From the human T2T-CHM13v2.0 reference genome, Homo sapiens, in the NCBI RefSeq assembly GCF_009914755.1, contig NC_060941.1: a DNA stretch of 64,000 nt. One strand, 5' to 3'. The notes beneath the pieces were generated by a model. It was not told the origin of the DNA, made no database searches, and saw only the letters and a list, made by a program, of their open reading frames with translations. This document shows positions 1 through 36,622 of this stretch, one piece after another. Within the stretch, counting starts at the first letter, position 1. Each line of letters begins with the position of its first letter. A program made the position numbers and the translations under genes.

Positions 1-1
1 C

Positions 2-109
<108 letters not shown>

Positions 110-289
110 TCAAGAAAAAAAAAAAAAAAAAAAAGAAAGAAAGAAATGGCATCTATATTTTGGAAGCTGAAAGCAGATAAACAAGGGGTAATCAATTCAG
201 CAGACCAGGGAAAGTTAAAAGTCAAATGCTTGCAGTATGTAGGAAAAGCAATAAGCACAAACCCTTAGAAAGACTCAGGAAGGGGAGTA

Positions 290-1293
<1,004 letters not shown>

Positions 1294-2238
1294 TACCAAT
1301 AACTACTGAAGGTAGGGGTACACATGAGGCTGAACACAGTAGAATTGATTGAAAGTCTACATAAAGGCCAGGCGCGGTGGCTCACGCCTGTAATCCCAGC
1401 ACTTTGGGAGGTCAAGGCGGGTGGATTGCCTGAGGTCAGGAGTTTGAGACCAGCCTGGCCAACATGGTGAAACTCTGTCTGTACTTAAAATACCAAAAAT
1501 TAGCTGGGCGTGGTGGCGAGCACCCGTAATCCCGGCTACTCGGGAGGCTGCGGAAGGAAAATTGCTTGAACCCAGGAGGCAGAGGTTGCAGTTAGCAGAG
1601 ATCGCACCACTGCACTACAGCCTGGGGGACAAGAGCAAGACTTCGTCTCAAAAAAACAAACAAACAAAAGAAAGTCCATATAAAAAGCAAATGGCCCCCA
1701 TATTCCTTTACCATCCACTAAGTCAGGCAATTCTCCCTCCTCTCCAGCAGAAGACTAGAAGTTTATCGTCTGCTAGAGCAGAGGGGGACGCTGGACTTCG
1801 GACATCAGGTAAATGTGCCCTGTGGAACAAAAGAAAATGTAACAAAAGCAACACACTGAATGGTGACTCCCCAGTCCTCTTCAAATACTGCCAATAATGC
1901 TGATGGTTGGGCATCTACACCCCAAAAGGGAAATTAGAAGGTTGGTCTCCGAAGAAACCAAGCATCCCAATAGAAAAGACCTACAAATACTGACTGTGGG
2001 AGGAACCGTGTCAATTATCAATTGACCAGATCTCTGCTCATTACATTGAAAAACCCCACCAACAGTCCGGATTATCTTTTTTTATTGCCTCACTCTTAAA
2101 TAAAGTCAAGGATCAGGGGCCGGGAGCGGTGGCTCACGCCGGTAATCCCAGCACTTTGGGAGGCTGAGGCGGGTGGATCATTTGAGGTCAGGAGTTCGAG
2201 ACCAGCCTGGCCACCATGGTGAAACCCCGTCTCTACTA

Positions 2239-2394
<156 letters not shown>

Positions 2395-2688
2395 TCAAGG
2401 ATCAACAGATATTTAAAAAGAGGGACTCAGAGAAAATAGGAATAATGAAGAAACAGATTTTTTAAACTATATTTACTATGTTCAGAAATACTAGAGAAGA
2501 TTAGCATCTTTGAAACAAAAGCAGGATGTTTTCTGAAAGCAACAATCACAGAACAAGACAGAAAATGTTCAATAGCAAAAAAAAGTTTTAATTCAATAGA
2601 AGAGGTGGAAATTTCCAAGAAAGTGGTAAAAAAAAAAAAAGAGAGAGAGAGAGAGAGGTGGAGATTATTAGAGACAATGACAATATAG

Positions 2689-2899
<211 letters not shown>

Positions 2900-3212
2900 T
2901 GATCTTGAACTCCTGACCTCGTGATCCACCCGCCTTGGCCTCCCAAAGTGCTGGGATTACAGGTGTGAGCCACCAGGCCCGGCCAGTATAGAAACTATTA
3001 ATCAGATGTTTAAGTCACTGTATTTGGGGGAGGTTTGTTACAGAGCTTAGCCTATACCTTTACTAACAAACATACCTTCAAAACTTTGAGAGAAGTTTAT
3101 TTCCCATCCAGGATTCTAGTCTTAGGCAAATTACCATCAAGTTTAAGTTGAATAGAGACAGTTTCAAATATGCAAGATGTCAAAAAATGTACCTCTTAAA
3201 CACTCCTTCTCA

Positions 3213-3473
<261 letters not shown>

Positions 3474-3643
3474 TCAGGTGGGAGGATCAGGTGAGCCTAG
3501 GATTTCAAGGCCATTAATGAAGAAACTAAAGAAGGAATAAATGAAGTGTATCCCTTCATTTGTTAAAGAGATAAATAATATCTACTACTTAGGGTTTTGT
3601 GGGATTAAATTGAACACATTACTTTTCTTGCTTCCATCAAAAT

Positions 3644-3646
<3 letters not shown>

Positions 3647-3680
<34 letters not shown>
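3647..3680. repeat. (AC)17 microsatellite
   Basis: Direct count. Confidence 0.95.
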
Positions 3681-3682
<2 letters not shown>

Positions 3683-5466
3683 CCCTGACTGTAGCCAATT
3701 GTTCTTGAGGGTAGGAAGGCAATGTATGAATCTTAAGAGAGTCAATCTGCATTTTTCAGTTTACAGACACTGGTGGAGAAGTCAGTGAAACCAGAGAACT
3801 TGACCTTGGAAAATCATTCATTTATGTTAAGAAGTAGATGGCCCATTATTATTTACAAAATAACTTGAAGAGCCATTTTGGTTTTGGAAAGAGAGCTGGC
3901 AGAGCAGAGCTCAGAAAGGAGATGAAACAATGAGAGATAAGTTGTTTTACATAATGAAAGAATACAGACTTTCCCCAATTATACCAAACAGAACCAAGAT
4001 AAAGTAAGATTTTCCACAACAAGGCACTCAGGGATGGCGATGGAGGCGCTGTGGATCAAGTCAGCCAGAGAGAAATTTCTGGGGGTTGGAATGGTTACAA
4101 AATAATGTTAAGAATATAGCCAGCTGTGATGCCACAACCCTGTGATCCCAGCTACTTGGGAGGCTGAGGCAGGAAGATGGCTTGAGGCCAGGCTTTCAAG
4201 GCCAGCCTGGGCAACATACGAGATGCTGTCTCTGAAAAAAAAAGAAAGAAAGAAAGAAAAGTATGTTAGGAAGATGATAGATGGCTAATATCAAGCTTTA
4301 CAGTTGATCCTGTTCTTATTTAAAATTCTAATAGTTTGTTCATTATGGATTTCTTCCATTCATTTTGGTGTTTTAAATATTGCATTAAATCGTTATTTAT
4401 TTTGAGCACTGAGTTTTTGGTGCCCCCTTAAATGTGGCACTCAAGGAAAGTGCCTCGCTGGTTTCACCCTGGTCCCTGCCCTTCTAAACCTTCAGGAAAA
4501 GTCTGTGACATGGACCAGCTCTGTGTTAATGATAGCTGCCAAATAGGGATCAGCTCAGGGTGGAACAAAGACACCATCAGCAGCAGGCAAGACATGAAAA
4601 TTCTCTATCAATCAGTGACAGCGATTTGAACAATGAAGGATTACAAGGTAAACCTTAGAGCAAAGAGAAAAATAAACAGAGCATGGAATAGTGACGGGGT
4701 GTTGCCGGGGATCCCAGAGAAGGGGTGAAGTTTTGCTGCCCCTCATGCCCACTGTTGGACCCTACAGCTCAACTGTTCTTTTAGCTGAGCTTCTTCCAGA
4801 TAGAATGAAAAATACAAAATACTCTGGCTGGTCTTCCAGCTGGGTCCTGAAAGGAGAGTCCGAGGGTTGGGTGTTGTGTCCCTGAAGACTAGTCTAGCAG
4901 TGGGGGCTTGAAGGGGGGGTGCCAGGATGAGCCTCCCAATCTCTTTACGGAAATGTTAGAGGCCGGGTGTGGTGGCTCACGCCTGTAATCCCAGCACTTT
5001 GGGAGGCTGAGGCAGGTGGATCACTTGAGGTGAGGAGTTCAAGACCAGCCTGGCCAACATGGTGAAATCCCGTCTCTACTAAAAATACAAAAATTAGCTG
5101 GGCATGGTTTTGCATGCCTGTACTCCCAGCTACTCAGAAGGCTGAGGCAGAAGAACCGCTTGAGCCTGGGAGGCGGAGGTTGCGGTGAGCCGAGATCGCA
5201 CCACTGCACTCCAGTGTGGGTGACACAGTGAGACCCTGTCTCAAAAAAAAAAAAATAAAAAAAAGGAAATGTCGAGTAGAGCCAGCTCCAGAATAAGTGA
5301 ATGGAAGACGTTCAGGTGCATGCGTTCAGGCGGTAAATTCATGATCACCAATTTTCACCTAGTGTCTCAGCCATGCCAAGCATTCCTATCCCAGCCCCTC
5401 ATTCAGCTCTCTCTCTTATGCCCTCAGAGTCTATTCAAACTTTCTCCACTCTCCTTCTATCTCTGA

Positions 5467-5885
<419 letters not shown>

Positions 5886-6158
5886 TAGTAGAGACGGGGG
5901 TTTCTCCATGTTGGCCAGGCTGGTCTCAAACACCCAACCTCAGGTGATCCGCCCGCCTCAGCCTCCCAAAGTGCTGAGAATTACAGGTGTGAGCCACCAT
6001 GCCTGGCCCTAAGGCATTTTTTCCTAATTGCTCCCCGCTCCTGCTACCTTGTGAAATTTTAACCCCTTAATATATGTTTGTGTACTCTGACCCTTTCGAG
6101 GGCCACGAATCATTGCAATATCTAAGATGTGGTTGCCCACTCTGAGAATGCACGATCT

Positions 6159-6246
6159 GTCTACGGCTATAGCACCCTGAACACATCCAATCTCATCGGA
6201 TCTCAGAAGCTAAGCAGGGCCAGGCCTGGTTAGTACTTGGATGGGA
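6159..6246 (+). pseudogene. 5S rRNA pseudogene, 3'-truncated (first ~88 nt)
   Basis: GTCTACGGCTATAGCACCCTGAAC...GAAGCTAAGCAGGGCCAGGCCTGGTTAGTACTTGGATGGGA matches the 5' three-quarters of human 5S rRNA, with several CpG-type substitutions. Confidence 0.92.
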
Positions 6247-6644
6247 AAATGCAGATGTAAGGCCAGTTCCTCCACGCATTCTCCAGATTTTATCTCCTCC
6301 CTCGGGATCTTCCCCTCATCACTTACACCCAAGGCCTCCAGCATCTTAACCTGTCCCTCTCACTAGCTCTACTGACTACCCATCTCCAGCTCTGGCCTTC
6401 TGTTTGTTACCTTCACAGCCCTATTTCTCAAAAGGCATGCTACACTCCAAAATGCACTCTGCCTCCATCTCTCCACTGACTCTATTCTCTGTAATATCAC
6501 AAACACACTCTGTGTGCCCACACACACATACTCTTTCACCCAGCATTCCCTCATAAGAGCACATTAGCAGCCCTTGCCTAGGACGTAGCAATACTGAATG
6601 ATGTGTTTCACCAGAACTGTTTATAATCAGCCAAAGCCTTTTTC

Positions 6645-6855
6645 CCAACTTTACTGAGGTATGACTGACAAATAAAAGTTGGCTATTTTAGGGTGTATGA
6701 CGTGATGTTTACTATATGCCTACAATTTGAAATGATTGCCACAATCAAGCTAATTCATATATTCATCACCTCACATAGTTACCTTTTTTCCATTGTGCTG
6801 AGAACACTTCAGCACATTTCCAGTATACCATACATTATTATTAACTATAGTCAAT
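6645..6855 (-). mobile_element. Old L1 (L1M-type) 3' end fragment
   Basis: ACTTTACTGAGGTATGACTGACAAATAAAA...ATCAAGCTAATTCATATATTCATCACCTCACATAGTTACC resembles the reverse complement of L1MA/L1MB 3'UTR. Confidence 0.6.
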
Positions 6856-7574
<719 letters not shown>

Positions 7575-7640
7575 TGAAGAGATCGAGACCACCCTGGCCA
7601 ATATGGTGAAACATGGTATCTACTAAAAATACAAAAATTA

Positions 7641-10404
<2,764 letters not shown>

Positions 10405-11559
10405 GGACGGGCACGGTGGCTCACGCCTGTAATCCCAGTACTTTGGGAGGCCGAGGAGGGCAGATTACCTGAGGTCAGGAGTTCGAGACCAGCCTGCCCA
10501 ACAAGACAAAACCCCATCTCTACTAAAAGTATAAAAATTAGCCAGGCATGGTGGCGGGTGCCTGTAATCCCAGCTACTCAGGAGGCTGAGGCAGGAGAAT
10601 CACTTGAACCTGGGAGGTAGAGATTGCAGTGAGCCAAGATCATGATTCTATCTCAAAAAAAAAAAAACACACACAGAAGGTAAATTGTTCTGCAAAGAGA
10701 GGTAATGGGAATGTGGGAGTTGGCTTGGCTACTGGCACAGACAGCAGGGAATCGGGAGTTTGAAAGAAGATTTACATTTGGCATACACGTGTGCCCACGT
10801 GGCCTTTCCTACTGCAAAGGGTGCTGACAAAATCAAGCCCCTGATCCTTCCTGTGGCATACATAAGAACAAAATGGTAGTTGTTAGGGACAAATCAAAAT
10901 TTAAAAATAAAATGGCCAGGTGCAGTGGCTCACCCCTGTAATCCCAGCACTTTGGGAGGGAGGCCAAGGCCAGCGGATCACTTGAGCCCAAGAGTTTGAG
11001 ACCAGCTTGGGCAACATGGCAAAACCCCATCTCTACAAAAAATACAAAAATTAGTCGGGCACGTTGGCACGGGCCTGTAGTCCCAGCTACTGGGGAGGCT
11101 GAGGCAGTATAATCAATCACCTGAACCTGGGAGATCAAGGCTGCAGTGAGCCGTGATGGCGCCTTTGCACTCCAGTCTGGGTGACAGAGTGAGACCCTGT
11201 CTAAAAACAAAACAAAACAAAAGGCTGCTAGTCAGTTTGGGCTACTATAACAAAACACTGGCCAGGCGCGGTGGCTCACGCCTGTAATCTCAGAACTTTG
11301 GGAGGCCAAGGGGGGCGGGAATCACCTGAGGTCAGGAGTTCGAGACCAGCCTGGCCAACATGGTAAAACCCCATCTCTACCAAAAATACAAAAATTAGCC
11401 AGGCATGGTGGTGCGTGCCTGTAATCCCAGCTACTCAGGAGACTGAGACAGGAGAATCGCTTGAACCTAGGATGTGGAGATTGCAGTGAGCCAAGGTAGC
11501 GCCATTGCACTCCCGTCTAGGCAACAGAGCAAGACTCTATCTCAAAAAAAAAAAAAATT

Positions 11560-12837
<1,278 letters not shown>

Positions 12838-13314
12838 TAGCGCATGTGCTTAAAAGGGAAACAAAAGCAGGAGGGGGAAGGGTCTAGAGTGATAAGAGCT
12901 CTAGTGAGAGGCTAGGCCTAGAGAGGGACATGGAGAAATAGCATGCGGAGAGGAACGGTAGAGGAGCAACGCTAACATTCAGTTGTAAATAATACAATCA
13001 TAGCAGCTAATACATAGAGGGACTACACGCCAAGCACTGTTCTCACTGTTTAGCCATATTCACTCATTTAGCATGCGCAGTAGCTTGAATCCGGTTTTTC
13101 AATTATTCATTCCCTCTCTCTGCACGTGGCCGTAGAGTACACTAGAGTGGGCAGAAAATAAGTCACAAAACAGCAAAGAAACAGTGCTTTTGGAAGTAGG
13201 TATGAGACAAACTCTTTTTAGGCAAAAGTAACCCACGAAAATGTGTGTGGAAAGGCCAGATCCTACTATTAGGCAGGATGGGAATTTGAGCCATTTTATT
13301 TGGATATTACAGAA

Positions 13315-13320
13315 TGGGGT
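13315..13320. promoter_or_regulatory. Candidate RUNX1-type site (TGGGGT) ~1.5 kb upstream of the ALOX12 ATG
   Basis: The motif is visible and its position agrees with my recollection of a reported RUNX1 element in this promoter. The 6-mer alone is weak evidence. Confidence 0.35.
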
Positions 13321-14811
13321 GACCCCAGAAAACTGGAAGAACTGGGGACCAGCAAATGGCCGACCTGCAGTCCTGAGCAGAGGATGTAGGCCAGAGTGGA
13401 CCTAGAAGATAAGAAAGGGAATTGAATCCAGTAAGGGACAGACACTTTATTTTTTTATTTTTATTTATTTATTTTTTTTTTTTTTGAGATAGAGTCTGAT
13501 CTGGAGGCTGGAAGGCGGGGCTAAAACTCCCACTCACTTACCTCTACCAACAACTAGGCCACCAAGTCATTTCTGAGGACTGGCTCAAGAAAGCAGATTT
13601 AACTTACACTGGCCTAGCCCAGGCCACCAGATGCATCCACGGAGATCCAAATGCATATAATCACTTGAATCAAGATCTAGACAGGGACGCGTGCAGCAGG
13701 CTTCATCTGACTGATTCCTGACACGGGAGAGAAAGCCTAAGCTCCGAATCATCCTTCAATGTTTACAAAGGCCCTAAATAGCAGTGGGCTAATTGCTGTT
13801 CCTGGATTTCCAGGAGACCTGAGACCCATGAAGGAGCAGGAAAGAGCTTGGGGATAAAAAATTAATCTGGAACCTACTGGAGCGGAAGGGGCTGCACTCA
13901 CCTGGAAAAGACAAAGTTCTTGGGAACTGGCCACGTAGGCCAGGTCCCTAAGCAATTCCATCCCGCACCCTAACACCCCGACTGGTGTTGCTGGGTCCCT
14001 AACATTGTCTGTACCCGCTTCGGAGGTTGGACAAAATGAGTTTTTCACTGCCCTGCCTCAGGCCTCTCTCAAAGGTCTGGCCCATGATATTTGGTGTACA
14101 TTGGGACCCCAGCGCCCAGATATTTGAAACGGGGTGGGGAGCGGGTGTTGAGCTGCTACATTTCCAGGTTCTAGGTACCCTGGGGAACCCCTGGTCGTTG
14201 ACGGAAGCACAGCGTTCAAGGGCGGCAGAGCTCAGGTACTGGAGGACACATGGGCCGCGCCGGGTCTAGCCACGGGACATCCCCAGACCCCAGCACGGCC
14301 TCCCAGGCCGACCTTCCAGAAGCCGGCCCACTGCCTTCCCCGGGTCCCAGCCCAGAAAAGCGGAGACCTTCCCCTCCGTTTGGAAGATGGACTCATCCCC
14401 TACTTCCTCCTGGCTCCCCAGAAGACCTGGAGACCTCGGGAAGTGTTCTCATCTATGTTCGCTCCAACCCGGGGGCTCAGGCCCACCTCGATCCCGCCTT
14501 CCCGGGAGGTCCAGGAAGGTCCCGCCGCACCCACCCCGTTGGCCTCACCCTGGCTCGGGCCCCTTTATCATCCTGCAGCTACGCTCCGACCAGGAGGCAC
14601 AGCCAGTCCCCACAGCCGGCTCTACCGCTCTGCTCGCAGGTTTGGGCTAGTCTGGGGCGGGGACTTGGGAGCGCCTAAAACTTGCGAGGAGGGCGGGGCC
14701 GCAGACCGGTCCTTTAAAGGTTGGAAGTGGCCCCGAGGCGCCGGCAGCCCTGGGCGGTCCCGGGAATCGCACAGGACCCGGCTCCCCTCGCCTAAGCTGC
14801 TGGGGGGCGCC

Positions 14812-29037
<14,226 letters not shown>

Positions 29038-29183
29038 GCCCTAGAGTGACTCTACCTGCAAGATTTCACATCAGCTTTAGGACTGACATTTCTATCTTGA
29101 ATTTCATGCTTTCCTAAAGTCTCTGCTGCTAAGGCTCTATTTCCTCCCCTAGTTAAACCCCCTACATTAGTATCCCACTAGCC

Positions 29184-29489
29184 CAGGGGAGCAGTAAACT
29201 TTCTCTGCAAAGACTAGATCCTTTTTTACGCTTTGCAGACCGCATAGTCACTGTCTCAACTACTCAGCTCTCCTGCTGCAGCATGAAGGCAGCCACAGAC
29301 AACATGGAAATGAGTGTGACTATGTTCCAATAAAACTTTATGGACACTGAGATATGAATGTTACATCACAAAGTAGTCTTCTTTTGGTTTATTCAACCAT
29401 TTAAAATGCAAAAAAAATCCACAAACAAATGTGCTTTGTTTGAGACATGCACAGCCAGGCTACAGACTGGATTTGGCCCTTGAACCCTG
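29184..29489. mobile_element. MER58B-like hAT-Charlie element overlapping the ALOX12 3' end
   Basis: CAGGGG...CCCTG termini. Internal CAACTACTCAGCTC...GCAGCCACAGACAA...GTTCCAATAAAACTTTATGGACACTGA. Perfect 8-bp TSD CACTAGCC at 29176-29183 and 29490-29497. Confidence 0.85.
29329..29334 (+). terminator. ALOX12: ALOX12 polyadenylation signal AATAAA
   Basis: First canonical hexamer after the stop codon (~290 nt downstream). Confidence 0.85.
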
Positions 29490-30064
29490 CACTAGCCTGA
29501 GGCCCTGACCCTACTTCCAAAACATCCAAGATCATGGAGCAGGGGGATTTCTTAGAAAAATCAGCTTACCTCAGCTAACTCTCCATTCCCAGGAACTAAC
29601 CTTCATGCCTGGTGGCCAATGTACAAATTCCTGATTCAGTTCTTTGGCAAATTCCTTCCACCCATATTTCTCCTATTCACCCATGTACCCCAAAAGTCCC
29701 TGAATAAGAATCATGTTTTTGGGGCAGAATACAAACCACTGCCCCAAAATGGCTTCTTTCTCCAAACAGTCCCAGATGAAAGGCACATAATTCATGTCTT
29801 AAGGCTACTTTTCCAGCCCCTTTAATACTCTGGGATCTATGTGTTTCCCACATTCCAAGTTATCTTTCACAAGCCTTTTAAGAACAACATGCACAAAATA
29901 AATGGACAAGAACTACAAAGTTATTCTAGCCAATGATAGTGTTTATTTGTTAGGTCCTGGGGTCTCAAGGTCAAATGATCCCTCTCAATTATTCTGAGGT
30001 CACTGTCCTCACTAGAGTGGGTACAACTTGCTCACTGCAAAACTGTGTTCTTCAAACATCCCTA

Positions 30065-30110
<46 letters not shown>

Positions 30111-30114
30111 GTAG

Positions 30115-30288
<174 letters not shown>

Positions 30289-30967
30289 TGACCTGGCTGG
30301 TCTCGAACTCCCGACCTCAGGTGATCCGCCCGCCTCGACATTCCTATTTCTAAATAATTATTACAGATCTGTCACTCACCAGTTAAACATACAAACGGCT
30401 TTTTTGGAGGGGATGACCTATTTATATTTTTAAATCTTATATCCTACCTTATTCAAAAGTCCTATCAGTTTTCCTAGTTTAGAGAAGCAAAGTGACATTT
30501 TTGTGTACATTTAACAGGACTGCTTACCTTCACAACCTGCTCAGTCGGCTTTCCCTGGACTTCTCCTAACCGCCCATTTTTCCTGGATTTGGCACCGAGA
30601 GTTACAGTATTTCACGTGCGATGATAAAATGTTACTTAGGAGAAACAGTTCCAATACCAAGAAACTTCAGCAATTTTAAAGCATTTTAAAGCCACAAAAC
30701 CATGCCCGATCCCCAAAAGGGGGTCCTAACTCCTTTACGCTGTCAGAATCTCAATTTTAAAAGGGAGGAGTAGAGAAGAGATAGAAACGCTCTCTGTTGG
30801 TGAAAATCTGTCTTACTTACCATTTCCCCAACACAGGAGAGACTAAGGAATTTCAGGTAAAAATCAGATGGCTCCAATCCTCCGATACTAAGAGCCCATC
30901 GCCCCAGTTCCCAGGAGTTCCGCCAGTTAGACTTTTTCCCCCATGGCCTCGCTAAGGCTAGTTCCTC

Positions 30968-30999
30968 GTCACGTGACGTGACAGGCTTGGTCACGTGAC
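30968..30999. promoter_or_regulatory. Two perfect CLEAR/E-box palindromes GTCACGTGAC in the RNASEK promoter
   Basis: 30968-30977 and 30990-30999. Confidence 0.85.
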
Positions 31000-31128
31000 A
31001 TACCAGCTCCTTCCATTCCCGTGTGCGGGGGGAGGGGGACCAACAAACCGGAGGCCCTCGCTCTTCCAATACTCACGCCCTAGCTACAGAGGTCAAGGAA
31101 GGTTTCCCCAGGAGCAGTTTTGGTTTCA

Positions 31129-32911
<1,783 letters not shown>

Positions 32912-33108
32912 GGCCCCGGCGCGTTTCCCCGCTCCAGCCCCTCCTCTATTTAAAGACTCCCTGCACCGTGTCACCCAGGTCGCGTCCCACCCTTGCCGGC
33001 GCCCTCTGCGGGACTGGGTTTCCCGGGCGAGAGACTGAATCCCTTCTCCCATCTCTGGCATCCGGCCCCCGTGGAGAGGGCTGAGGCTGGGGGGCTGTCC
33101 CGTATCTC

Positions 33109-33114
33109 AATAAA
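33109..33114 (+). terminator. RNASEK: RNASEK polyadenylation signal AATAAA
   Basis: ~200 nt after the stop codon, followed by a GT-rich tract. Confidence 0.85.
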
Positions 33115-33457
33115 GAGAATCTGCTCTCTTAAGCCCTGTGTCTGTGCTTGAGTGGGGGCGAGCACGGGGCTGAGACTAGAGGTCGGCCTCTGCCTGGAAA
33201 GTCCCGATCTCTGAGCGGAAGTGGAGCGAAGTGTGGCGCGGAAGTGAGGCGAAGGCTTTCCCCATCGACTGGGCGCGCCGAGCGGTCTAAGCGACTGCGT
33301 CTGATGGGGCGGGGAGCCGCCGGGTTGAGCCTATCCGCTGCGGGGAGGGCGGGACTTCCTGCGTGGGGGCTCGAGCCGCTCAGTCTCCCTGCTCTCCGTG
33401 GTCCCGGCTCGCGTGTAGCGGCGGCGGCGGCGTCTCCGTGAGGAGGCGCGCGGGGCC

Positions 33458-35865
<2,408 letters not shown>

Positions 35866-36101
35866 CCCTGGATTCTGGCCTTCTCATGACCTCTGCTGAT
35901 CCTCCTCTCCTCTCCTGCTGAGCCTTCCACCTCTGACCTCTCACTGTTCATGCCGGACCTGTGGATCTCCTGGGACTCCGAGCAAGGCCTGCACGAGAGA
36001 GGGCTGAAAGGCTGCTGGGGCTGCCACCTCGCTATTCCCGCATAAGCATCTGCCCCCAACCCCTTTGACCTTCATCTGATGGACATTTTTATACAGAAAA
36101 C

Positions 36102-36107
36102 AATAAA
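36102..36107 (+). terminator. C17orf49: C17orf49 polyadenylation signal AATAAA
   Basis: First canonical hexamer after the last coding exon. Confidence 0.85.
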
Positions 36108-36214
36108 GATTTCCCTCTCAGCTTCGTGCTGTCTGCTTAACATTATTAGCAGGAGAGGCCTGTTCCCTCTTCTCTCCTCGGCCCATGGGGGCTCAGCCCC
36201 TCCTCGGTAGTTTT

Positions 36215-36301
36215 CACCACCCTGCCTGGAGCAGCACAGCCAATATTGGCAGACTCGCTTCCCTGTGCCAATATTTCTGTGCTGCTAGAGCCAGGGAAGC
36301 T
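36215..36301 (-). ncRNA. MIR195: pre-miR-195 (miR-15/16 family); mature 5p at 36267-36287
   Basis: Reverse complement gives UAGCAGCACAGAAAUAUUGGC within a visible hairpin. Confidence 0.98.
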
Positions 36302-36510
36302 GGGTGTGGGCAACAAAGACTCCACTTTGTTCTCTTGAGGCAGAACTTACTCCCAGGGTCTCTGGCCATCAGTATTCTTGAAACTGCCCTGGAGATTTTA
36401 GAGGGGTGCTTACATACCCCACCCTCTCCTTGCCCACCTGGCAAGAAGTTTGTCACAAGGCCCCAGATGTTTTTTGTGTCACTTCTCCAGGATGGCCTCC
36501 CAGGGCCAAG

Positions 36511-36622
36511 CCTCGGCGGTGCCTCCCCCACCCTCGCTCTAACACCACAGTGTGGTTTGGACGTGGCCACAGTGCCGTACAAACCACAGTGTGCTGCTGG
36601 GGCGGGAGCAGGACCGGGGTGG
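36511..36622 (-). ncRNA. MIR497: pre-miR-497; mature 5p at 36579-36599
   Basis: Reverse complement gives CAGCAGCACACUGUGGUUUGU within a hairpin. Confidence 0.98.

Noticed and set aside
14380-14811. Open frame upstream of and in frame with the ALOX12 ATG (in-frame ATG at 14455)
   Set aside because: It runs through the core promoter (GC boxes), upstream of the likely TSS. Stop-poor GC-rich DNA explains the open frame.
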